The translations under genes and the position numbers were made by a program. This document shows, in pieces, positions 25,883 through 33,356 of a DNA stretch of 64,000 nucleotides; the stretch's first letter is position 1; each line of letters starts with the position of its first letter. Origin of the DNA: an uncultured Candidatus Saccharibacteria bacterium (lineage in GTDB: Bacteria > Patescibacteriota > Saccharimonadia > Saccharimonadales > JBBQAJ01); contig CAZQZT010000001.1 in NCBI GenBank assembly GCA_964597925.1, forward strand, positions 119,929 through 183,928. The letters are read 5' to 3'. The notes below the pieces were generated by a model. The model ran no database searches. It worked only from the letters and a program-made list of their open reading frames with translations, and was not told where the DNA came from.

Positions 25883-25933
25883 AGTATACCCGAACAGAGG
25901 TAAATTGACAAAAACATCCCAAAATGATGAAAT
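25883..25933. promoter_or_regulatory. Back-to-back promoters with overlapping -35 boxes for valS (minus) and the 25940 gene (plus)
   Basis: Minus strand: TTGTCA (25906-25911), 17 nt, TATACT (25883-25888), 7 nt, ATG. Plus strand: TTGACA (25905-25910), 17 nt, TGAAAT (25928-25933), 6 nt, ATG 25940. Confidence 0.5.
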
Positions 25934-25939
25934 AGACTT

Positions 25940-26389
25940 ATGAATGAAGCTGGAGAGCGTTATATTGTATCAAAAGGTCCCGAAGCCGAAAGAGTACTTT
26001 TGGCACAACAGGCTATAGATGATTTTTTGGCACGAGGCACAACGCCAGGAATTAAGCGAGACGCAGTACTAAGACTTATCGATACACAATTAAAAGAAAC
26101 CGAAGCAGATGCTCCAAGTCCATTTGCCCCCCTTCTCTTCCCACATAATTCTAGGATAGAAGAAATTATTGGTAAACCTCAAGCAGAAGCAAGTCTTGAT
26201 GAATTGGCATTCGTCCAGAGGTATCAATCGCTGAAATTTTTCAATAAAAAGCTTCAAGAAAGTAAGGGCGACCAATCGGCTCGGGACGCATTGCATGCTG
26301 AGCTAGTGGAACTTATGCCAAAAGAAAAGTCAGCTGGCAGGCAACGACGCGATGAAGCACGCAGATTAAGGCAAAAACAGCAAAAATAG
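25940..26389 (+). CDS. Hypothetical charged protein
   Basis: 149-aa ORF with a K/R/Q-rich C-terminus. Confidence 0.65.
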   Translation: MNEAGERYIVSKGPEAERVLLAQQAIDDFLARGTTPGIKRDAVLRLIDTQLKETEADAPSPFAPLLFPHNSRIEEIIGKPQAEASLDELAFVQRYQSLKFFNKKLQESKGDQSARDALHAELVELMPKEKSAGRQRRDEARRLRQKQQK

Positions 26390-26723
26390 TGTTGCTTTTA
26401 AGCTTTTAATTTCATGTGAAAGTTAGACAACTAAACTCAAAGGTTTCTTAAAAACCTCTCAGTATATTTCTCAACCAGATCCCGCACACCTTTTCGTTGC
26501 GTTTTGCAATATGATTGCAGATTGCTCCACCAAAAAAGATGAGGGGTTTACTTTTGTTCGCAATGTACGTGCCCACTAAGGCAAAGCAAAAGTTTTTGTT
26601 TTCATAAGCATTATAACAGATTAAAATAGATCAAACAACACCCGCTCTCCGAAGCACAATAAAAGTTAAGGGTGATTGACAAAACACTAAAGTTTCACAG
26701 TAACAAAACCAGTGTTTAGATAA

Positions 26724-27803
26724 TCACATACTTAAGTTTGGTTGGATTTCAAGCGTGTAAGGATCTGCTTGTGGTTGATTATGTAGCATCTTAAAACAAC
26801 CTAGGGTGGCTATCATGGCGCCGTTATCAGTGCACAGTTTTGGGTCTGCGTATTCTATGGGGATGGGCAAGCGTTCGGCTAACTGACGGCGAAGTTCTGG
26901 GCTGGCAGATACGCCACCGCCTATAATTACGCTTTTGGGTTGGAACTCTTCATATGCCAGCAAGGTTTTATCTACCACTGTTTCTACGGCTGTGCGCTGG
27001 AAGCTGGCAGCAATATCGGCCTTTTGAGCTTCACTGAGGCGTTCTGACAGCTTATGACTAGGGAAGTCGTATCCTTCACCTATAGCTTTTTGAGCAGCCC
27101 TTAGCACGGCAGTTTTGGGTCCAGAGAAACTGTAGTCGTATTTGCCAGGCATTTTGGCCTTTGGGAAGCTAAATGCCCGAGGGTTACCTTTAACCGAAAA
27201 TTTCTCTATACTGGGGCCGCCAGGGTAGGGCAGGCCTAAAATCTTGGCCACTTTATCAAATGCTTCTCCTATGGCATCATCTTGGGTTTGCCCCAGGAGA
27301 GTATAGTCAAAGTGGTCACGCCATAGCACCAATTGAGAGTGTCCTCCAGAAACAATCAACCCCAGCATCGGAAAACTAGGTGCAGTTTTCGGCAGTTTAT
27401 AGCTTTCATCTGTCGGCTCTGATCTGTCAGCTACTTCAGTTAGGAAGTTTGCATAGGCGTGGGCCTCTACATGGTTTATGGCGTACAAAGGCTTGTTTTT
27501 GGTAATTGCCAGCGTGCGTGCGGTCATTACGCCCACCAACAGACAGCCTCCTAGACCAGCGCCGTATGTGACTGCTATGCCGTCTATGTCATCCCAGCCA
27601 CATCCGGCTTGCTCCAGTGCTTGTTCAATAACAGGGGTGATTGCTTCTATGTGACTGCGGGCGGCAATCTCTGGCACAACACCACCGTATTGGGCATGCA
27701 AATCCATGCTAGAAAGCACCACATTTGCCAGCAGTTTTTTACCATTTTCTACAATCCCGCAAGCGGTCTCATCACAGCTAGTTTCAATACCCAATATTCG
27801 CAT
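26724..27803 (-). CDS. tsaD: tRNA N6-adenosine threonylcarbamoyltransferase TsaD
   Basis: MRILGIETSCDETACGIV...; Kae1/Gcp family throughout. Confidence 0.95.
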   Translation of the reverse strand: MRILGIETSCDETACGIVENGKKLLANVVLSSMDLHAQYGGVVPEIAARSHIEAITPVIEQALEQAGCGWDDIDGIAVTYGAGLGGCLLVGVMTARTLAITKNKPLYAINHVEAHAYANFLTEVADRSEPTDESYKLPKTAPSFPMLGLIVSGGHSQLVLWRDHFDYTLLGQTQDDAIGEAFDKVAKILGLPYPGGPSIEKFSVKGNPRAFSFPKAKMPGKYDYSFSGPKTAVLRAAQKAIGEGYDFPSHKLSERLSEAQKADIAASFQRTAVETVVDKTLLAYEEFQPKSVIIGGGVSASPELRRQLAERLPIPIEYADPKLCTDNGAMIATLGCFKMLHNQPQADPYTLEIQPNLSM

Positions 27804-27809
27804 GAGAGC

Positions 27810-27817
27810 AGTATACT
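27810..27817. promoter_or_regulatory. Palindromic shared -10 (AGTATACT) serving divergent tsaD and murE
   Basis: The intergenic gap is 21 bp. Minus-strand TATACT (27815..27810) is 6 nt from the tsaD ATG (27803). Plus-strand TATACT (27812-27817) is 7 nt from the murE ATG (27825). Confidence 0.55.
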
Positions 27818-27824
27818 AGTAGGT

Positions 27825-29105
27825 ATGGTTAACCCAAAAAAGCTTGTTCGCAAAGTTATGCCTTCAAAAGGTATTGAGTTTGCTGAAGAAAGTTACCGAA
27901 AAGGGCGGATTTACAGTTTGCAGGCGCGGTTTGGGTTTCCGGCCAAGGGACTACGCGTTGTTGCAGTCACTGGGACAAATGGTAAAACCACTACCTGTAG
28001 TTTCATAAACGAAATGCTTAAAACCGCCGGCTACAAAACGGCTATGTATACTACTGCAACCATAGAGTTAGTAGGCAAAGTTATGCCAAATACTACACAT
28101 CGCACACTGCCTCTCACAGAACAGCTTTTGAAGTTCTTGCGCTCTGCCAAAAAAGCAAAAGTTGACTTTGTTGTGCTAGAAGCCCCCAGCCAGGCGCTGC
28201 ATCAGCACAAAATGCTCGGCATCCCTGTAGAAATTGCTGTATTGACCAATCTCAGCCAAGATCATTTGGACTATCACGGAACTATGGCTAGCTACGCTGC
28301 TGCCAAAGCCCGGCTGTTTAACAACTACATGAAGCCTGATTTTTGCGTGCTAAATGCCGATGATGAAAAATACGACTATTTTATGCTCCAATCTGCGGGG
28401 CAGGTAGTTAGTTATGGTCAGGGTTCGGACAGTACGGAGCGGATAAAACAAGTTAAACAGGATCGTACGGGCATGAGCTGGAAGCTTATGAATGGTGAGC
28501 AAGCTATGGATTTGAAAATCCAGCTGGCGGGGCTATTTAACACCTACAACGCCAGTGCAGCAGCGGCTGTAGGATTGATACTGGGCATAAAACCAAAAGT
28601 TATTTCAAAGGGTTTGGCAGAGCTAAAGCTAGTGCCTGGTAGAATGGAAAACATAGACGCCGGCCAACCTTTTACAGTATGGGTTGATTACGCAGTTACA
28701 CCAGATGCGCTGGCCAAGGTATTAGAAGCGGGCAAACAAGCCGCTACGGGCAAAGTAAGCGTAGTTTTTGGTGCTACGGGAGATAGAGATAAAAGCAAAC
28801 GGCCAGTCATGGGCGAGATTGCCGCCAAACAGGCAGACAGAATATACCTAACAGATGATGAAACTTACACCGAAGACCCAGAAACAATTCGCCATGCAGT
28901 CTACGAAGGTATAAAACAAGCCAAAGCCCAGAAGAAAGCCCAGATAATCCCAGACCGTGAACTAGCCATAAAAACAGCCTTCAAAGAAGCCAAAAAAGGC
29001 GATGTAGTCATCTTGGCCGGCATAGGCCACCAAGATACTCGCAATATGGGCGGCAAATCTATCCCTTGGGACGAACGCAAAATCGCTCACAAACTTTTAA
29101 AATAA
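27825..29105 (+). CDS. murE: Mur ligase, MurE-type (UDP-MurNAc-L-Ala-D-Glu:diamino-acid ligase)
   Basis: VAVTGTNGKTTT, DHLDYHGTM, FGATGDRDKSKRP. The start is Met73 of the track ORF. The DNPR specificity motif position reads DETY. Confidence 0.9.
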   Translation: MVNPKKLVRKVMPSKGIEFAEESYRKGRIYSLQARFGFPAKGLRVVAVTGTNGKTTTCSFINEMLKTAGYKTAMYTTATIELVGKVMPNTTHRTLPLTEQLLKFLRSAKKAKVDFVVLEAPSQALHQHKMLGIPVEIAVLTNLSQDHLDYHGTMASYAAAKARLFNNYMKPDFCVLNADDEKYDYFMLQSAGQVVSYGQGSDSTERIKQVKQDRTGMSWKLMNGEQAMDLKIQLAGLFNTYNASAAAAVGLILGIKPKVISKGLAELKLVPGRMENIDAGQPFTVWVDYAVTPDALAKVLEAGKQAATGKVSVVFGATGDRDKSKRPVMGEIAAKQADRIYLTDDETYTEDPETIRHAVYEGIKQAKAQKKAQIIPDRELAIKTAFKEAKKGDVVILAGIGHQDTRNMGGKSIPWDERKIAHKLLK

Positions 29106-29112
29106 CAGATTA

Positions 29113-29142
29113 TTGACATTATAACCATAAGTGTGATATAAT
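29113..29142 (+). promoter_or_regulatory. Near-consensus sigma-70 promoter (TTGACA-18-TGaTATAAT) predicting a leaderless mRNA
   Basis: TTGACA 29113-29118 and TATAAT 29137-29142. The A of ATG 29149 lies exactly 7 nt after the hexamer. Confidence 0.65.
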
Positions 29143-29148
29143 ATTTAT

Positions 29149-29955
29149 ATGAGCAAAAAACTTAAACCTTTCACTTCGGGAATGCCTTTTCGTACTGAAA
29201 TTGGACCGACACTTGGTAAAGGACAAGATAATGCTGTATATGATATGGTTTACCCTGCAGATAAACCGCACCTTCGACCTTCGTCAGGCCAAGTTCTAAA
29301 GATAAATCATGCCACGGTAAATGATTACCGTATCAGATATGAGGATAACAGAAAAGCTGCAATGGCCGGACTGGAATACAAGAAAAATAAATACGATATC
29401 TTGAAGCTATTTTTAGGTGATTTTGTGCCACGTTCTTCGTTTGTTCTGGCGAAGGTCACAGAAGGTCAAAAGCAACGTTACGCTGAGTATACAGTACAAG
29501 ATAAGGTACCGCGCCTGTCGCTTTCTGACCTTACCGAGGCGCAGAGGCAAAGTCCAGTCTTAAAACAACAAGTAGTTGAGCTAATGTCTCGTCTACGCCG
29601 AATGTATCAAGTGCTGGGTGAGGTAAACGCCAGAACTTCAAATGGTGTAAATTTGGATGGTAAGCTAGATCTTGGCGGTGTTTCTGATTATGTGAAAGCA
29701 GAATCGCTTGACCATGAGTTTAGTCAATCTGATGCTGAAGCGATTATTGGCGGTAACAGTTCACCAAACCTGCTAGTAAATCCCAAAACCATGGCACTGT
29801 ACTGTGTAGATTTTGACCAAGGTCAATGGATGCCTGGTATGGATGAAGCTAAGAATTTGACATTTGAATTAGCCGAAAGACAAAACTCGTCCGCAGAACC
29901 GATAGGTAATGTGGCAATTGACCACCCAGAATTACCATTTTATCAGTTCAAATAA
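29149..29955 (+). CDS. Hypothetical protein with protein-kinase-like sequence features
   Basis: LGKGQDNAVYDM (Gly-loop-like), QVLKINH (VAIK-like), NLLVNPKTMALYCVDFDQG (catalytic-loop Asn plus a DFD in the DFG position). Fold assignment is inference. Confidence 0.7.
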   Translation: MSKKLKPFTSGMPFRTEIGPTLGKGQDNAVYDMVYPADKPHLRPSSGQVLKINHATVNDYRIRYEDNRKAAMAGLEYKKNKYDILKLFLGDFVPRSSFVLAKVTEGQKQRYAEYTVQDKVPRLSLSDLTEAQRQSPVLKQQVVELMSRLRRMYQVLGEVNARTSNGVNLDGKLDLGGVSDYVKAESLDHEFSQSDAEAIIGGNSSPNLLVNPKTMALYCVDFDQGQWMPGMDEAKNLTFELAERQNSSAEPIGNVAIDHPELPFYQFK

Positions 29956-29961
29956 CCCAAC

Positions 29962-29999
29962 TTGACGCAAAATTGGCAGTCTAGTATAGTGAGTGCTAA
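29962..29999 (+). promoter_or_regulatory. groESL promoter (TTGACG-17-TATAGT) overlapped by a CIRCE-like operator
   Basis: TTGGCAGTC-N9-GAGTGCTAA at 29973-29999, against the CIRCE consensus TTAGCACTC-N9-GAGTGCTAA (right half perfect, left half 7/9). The -10 lies within the spacer. Confidence 0.65.
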
Positions 30000-30058
30000 T
30001 GGCAGGTGTTCTGTGCGAGGAAACAGCTGCTCTTTATCACTTAAAAGGAGGTTCTTAT

Positions 30059-30325
30059 ATGAGTGTACCTATTCAACCGCTGGCAGACTATGTAGTTGCT
30101 CAGCAGGAAGAAGCAGAAACCAAGACGGCAAGTGGGCTGTATTTGCCCGGTGGAGCACAAGAAAAACCAAAGGTAGCTAAAGTTTTGGCAGTTGGCAAAG
30201 AAGTCAAAGACGTAAAAGTCGGCGATCGGATTATTTACGGTGGCTACAGTACAGAAGCCGTAAAACACGGCGGGGAAGACTACCTACTCATCAAACTAGA
30301 AAACATTTACGGAACAGTTAAATAA
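30059..30325 (+). CDS. groES: Co-chaperonin GroES
   Basis: MSVPIQPLADYVVAQQEEAETKTASGLYLP...; AGGAGG SD. The track N-terminal extension is rejected. Confidence 0.95.
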   Translation: MSVPIQPLADYVVAQQEEAETKTASGLYLPGGAQEKPKVAKVLAVGKEVKDVKVGDRIIYGGYSTEAVKHGGEDYLLIKLENIYGTVK

Positions 30326-30335
30326 GGAGTAAACA

Positions 30336-31982
30336 ATGGCTAAAAAAGTATTTTATGATGATGATGCCCGGCGCCGAGTCTTGGCCGGTGCGCAAATTTT
30401 GTATGACGCTGTAAAAACTACCATGGGTCCAAAAGGCCGAAACGTAATTATTAGCAAAAGCTATGGCAATCCAACTGTTACTCATGACGGTGTAACCGTT
30501 GCCAAGGGCGTAGAGCTGGCAGATGTAGATGACGAAACTCTGGGCTACAAAGTTGGCGCAGAACTTATCAAACAAGCTGCAAATAAGATGAACGACGTAG
30601 CGGGTGACGGCACAACCACCGTAACTGTACTGACCTACCATATCCTAAACGAAGCCAACAAACTGATTGCGGCTGGTCACAACCCTATGTTGCTGCGCAA
30701 AGGCCTAGAAGCAGCATCTGCAGAAGTTATTGCCAAACTTGGCACACTGAGTGAAGACATCAAAAGCAACAAAAAGCGCGTATCTGAAGTAGCTACCATT
30801 TCTGCTGGTGACGAAGAAATTGGCGAACTTATCGCAGACGTTATAGAAAAAGTCGGCAAAGACGGTGTAGTTACCGTAGAAGAAGGCCAAGGTTTGGCAC
30901 TTGAAAGTGAAGTAGTAGAAGGCTTTACTTTTGACCGTGGTTTCGTGAGCCCCTACATGGTGACCGACACATCCCGCATGGAAGCAGTCTATGACAAGCC
31001 CGCCATTGTAATTACAGATAAAAAAATCAGCTCCATACAAGAATTTTTGCCACTACTAGAAAAGCTAGCTCAAGCAGGTAAAAAAGACCTAGTACTTATT
31101 GCCGACGATGTAGACGGCGAAGCTCTGGGTACGCTCATATTAAACCGTCTCAAAGGCGTGTTTAACACCATAGCTATCAAAGCTCCTGCTTTCGGAGACC
31201 GCCGTAAAGATGTGCTGAATGACATTGCCATTTTAACTGGCGCAGAAGTTATAACCGACGACAGAGGCATGACATTTGAAAACGTAGAGCTAGACGTAGT
31301 TGGCACTGCACGTAAGGTAATTGTCACCAAAGACGAAACCACCATCATAGAAGGTAATGGCGTAGAAGCTGAGCTAAAAGCACGGATTGCACAAATAAAT
31401 ACGCAAACTAAAGCCGCTACAAGCGAATACGATAAAGAAAATCTAGAAAAGCGCCGAGCAGCTCTAGAAGGAAAAGTTGCCGTCATCAAAGTTGGTGGAG
31501 CGACAGAGACCGAGATAGAAGAAAAGAAATTCCGCGTAGACGACGCAGTCCACGCCGTGAAAGCCGCATTAGACGAAGGAATAGTAGCCGGTGGTGGAGT
31601 TACTTTCATCAACCTCAGCGACAACATTAAGATAGATTCGTCAGATGAGCTTTTTGCAGGCAAACAACTACTAAAAACAACACTACTTCGACCTTTCTAT
31701 GAGCTGATGCATAATTCTGGACTTAATCCAGACGAATGGCTACCCAAAATTCGGGAAAGTAAGGCAGGGCAGGGCGTAGACGTAAACAACCCAAGTAAAT
31801 TGGTAGACCTGAAATCTGCTGGTGTAGTTGATCCAACTCGAGTTACCAAAGAAGCATTGCAAAACGCCGTATCCATAGCCGGTACATCCATGACCATGGG
31901 TGCACTAGTAGTAGAAGTGCCAGAGCCAAAGTCTGCCGCACCAGCTGGTGGTGGCATGGACCCTGGCATGATGGGCATGTAA
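30336..31982 (+). CDS. groEL: Chaperonin GroEL
   Basis: AGDGTTTVTVL, a full-length Cpn60, and a GGM-type tail GGGMDPGMMGM. Confidence 0.98.
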   Translation: MAKKVFYDDDARRRVLAGAQILYDAVKTTMGPKGRNVIISKSYGNPTVTHDGVTVAKGVELADVDDETLGYKVGAELIKQAANKMNDVAGDGTTTVTVLTYHILNEANKLIAAGHNPMLLRKGLEAASAEVIAKLGTLSEDIKSNKKRVSEVATISAGDEEIGELIADVIEKVGKDGVVTVEEGQGLALESEVVEGFTFDRGFVSPYMVTDTSRMEAVYDKPAIVITDKKISSIQEFLPLLEKLAQAGKKDLVLIADDVDGEALGTLILNRLKGVFNTIAIKAPAFGDRRKDVLNDIAILTGAEVITDDRGMTFENVELDVVGTARKVIVTKDETTIIEGNGVEAELKARIAQINTQTKAATSEYDKENLEKRRAALEGKVAVIKVGGATETEIEEKKFRVDDAVHAVKAALDEGIVAGGGVTFINLSDNIKIDSSDELFAGKQLLKTTLLRPFYELMHNSGLNPDEWLPKIRESKAGQGVDVNNPSKLVDLKSAGVVDPTRVTKEALQNAVSIAGTSMTMGALVVEVPEPKSAAPAGGGMDPGMMGM

Positions 31983-31995
31983 ACTGTTTAGCTTT

Positions 31996-32068
31996 ATGAG
32001 GGGGGAGTAACCCCTCTCATCGCGCCAGGGCTGGGAATGAAACCGAATGTGGGCTACTTCCCCCTAAG
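31996..32068 (+). repeat. Copy A of a ~72-nt structured intergenic module (10-bp GC-rich hairpin, 30 nt, GGGCTACT, pyrimidine tract, TAAG)
   Basis: ATGAGGGGGG AGTAA CCCCTCTCAT ... GGGCTACTTCCCCCTAAG; compare copy B at 63634-63705. Confidence 0.5.
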
Positions 32069-32177
32069 ACATTAAGCAACTAAATATAAGCGTTAGCGTT
32101 TACATGCAACCAGGAATAATTGCTTAAAAAGCCATTTTGTACTATGGTAGTTAGTGAATTAGGGAGTTTGTAGCGCT

Positions 32178-32696
32178 ATGGCATTATTTCGCAAGAATAA
32201 AACAGATCAAGCAGGCATGCCTGCTGAAGTAACAGATTACTATCAAGCCGAAAAACGGGAACGTGCTTGGGTAGCTTGGTTGCTAGCTTTCGCCACACTT
32301 CTAGTTACAGTTCTTGTAGTTTGGGGCATCTTTTTTGGTGGTCGGTGGACATTCCGCAAACTAAAAGACTCTGACAAACCAGCCCCAGTTGCCATACAAA
32401 AAGACGAATCTAAAGACGTAACTCCAGAAGAGTCTGGTTCAAGTTCTCAAGCAACCAACGCACCAGCCGAATCTGGTAATACATCAAGTTCAAGCACCCA
32501 GTCTTCCTCGAGTGGCAGTACCTCACAAACTTCTAACTCTAGCGCTGGCTCAACCTCAACTAGCAGTTCCGCAACTTCTCAAACCAATGCAGCGGCAAGT
32601 GACCTGCCTCAAACAGGTCCTGGCGATACGGTAGCTATTTTTGTAGCAGTATCAGTGCTTGCATATATAACTCACCGCAAATTCCTAGCAAACTAA
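32178..32696 (+). CDS. LPXTG-motif surface protein, S/T-rich
   Basis: N-terminal TM WVAWLLAFATLLVTVLVVWGIFF, a Ser/Thr-rich spacer, and a C-terminal LPQTG followed by a hydrophobic stretch and HRK. Confidence 0.8.
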   Translation: MALFRKNKTDQAGMPAEVTDYYQAEKRERAWVAWLLAFATLLVTVLVVWGIFFGGRWTFRKLKDSDKPAPVAIQKDESKDVTPEESGSSSQATNAPAESGNTSSSSTQSSSSGSTSQTSNSSAGSTSTSSSATSQTNAAASDLPQTGPGDTVAIFVAVSVLAYITHRKFLAN

Positions 32697-32705
32697 CCAC
32701 TCAAT

Positions 32706-33251
32706 TTATTCTTGAGGTGTATGTTGAGTGAAGTAGTTTATCTCGTTTATAACGTCTAGTAACGCCTGGGCGCGAGCTTTGTCATCAGTAATCTGCTGGG
32801 CGGCTTCAAAAGCCGATTTTATAAGAGATCTGTCGTCACTAGCCTGAATCATCATCATTGTGGTCCGAAATTTTTCTTCTGGCGTTTGGTCCAGGTGGCT
32901 CACGAGTGGACTGAGATGCTGTAGTGCTTGTTGTTTTAAGTCCATTAAATCATCTTTTGGTAATGAGGGGTCTGAGTTTACAGGAGAATCATTAGTAATT
33001 GTAGTATCCATTGAATCTGAAGGTTCAGATGGCAGGCTAGGAGAAGCGCTAGATGTAATTTCTGGAGCGCTAAAATCTGGAGTCAAAGCTGGTGAAAAGC
33101 TAGGAGCACCTGAGGGGGTTCCAAATACAGGATTTTCTATCGCTGGTGCGGTTGTATCCAGTGAGCTGTCAGTAATTGGGTCAGGCATGGCCGCCTGCAT
33201 GCTGTTTGTGCTGTCCGCTGGTTGCTGCTGTGTATCGTTGTTACCAAACAT
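32706..33251 (-). CDS. Hypothetical protein (P/S/T-rich N-half, helical C-half)
   Basis: Start at Met11 (33251), preceded by GGGGGTGGA SD. Confidence 0.6.
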   Translation of the reverse strand: MFGNNDTQQQPADSTNSMQAAMPDPITDSSLDTTAPAIENPVFGTPSGAPSFSPALTPDFSAPEITSSASPSLPSEPSDSMDTTITNDSPVNSDPSLPKDDLMDLKQQALQHLSPLVSHLDQTPEEKFRTTMMMIQASDDRSLIKSAFEAAQQITDDKARAQALLDVINEINYFTQHTPQE

Positions 33252-33356
33252 TTTTTCCACCCCCTTGGCGCAAAAGCGCAATGTTCATTTATTGATTATC
33301 GATTTACAATGTATAAAGCATAACAACAAAGCAATAAAAGGGGAAGAGTTTCACCT

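Noticed and set aside
27609-27824. N-terminal extensions in the track for murE (27609), mutM (59220), groES (29993), valS (25917), vanY (44362), pepE-like (19462) and hsp20 (7649)
   Set aside because: The extensions overlap the divergent neighbour or its promoter and lack family-typical sequence. In each case an internal Met is preceded by a -10 box at 6-7 nt or by a clear SD, and gives the canonical N-terminus (for example MPELPEVE for MutM).
31070-31978. Long antisense or alternative-frame ORFs inside groEL (31070..31663, 31697..31978), valS (23408..23992), dnaG/rpoD (48929..49333), the pilin genes (5523..5891, 6605..6964) and other genes
   Set aside because: These are shadow ORFs opposite or overlapping strongly conserved genes. 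They have low-complexity, Ser/Ala/Cys-biased composition and no independent start signals.
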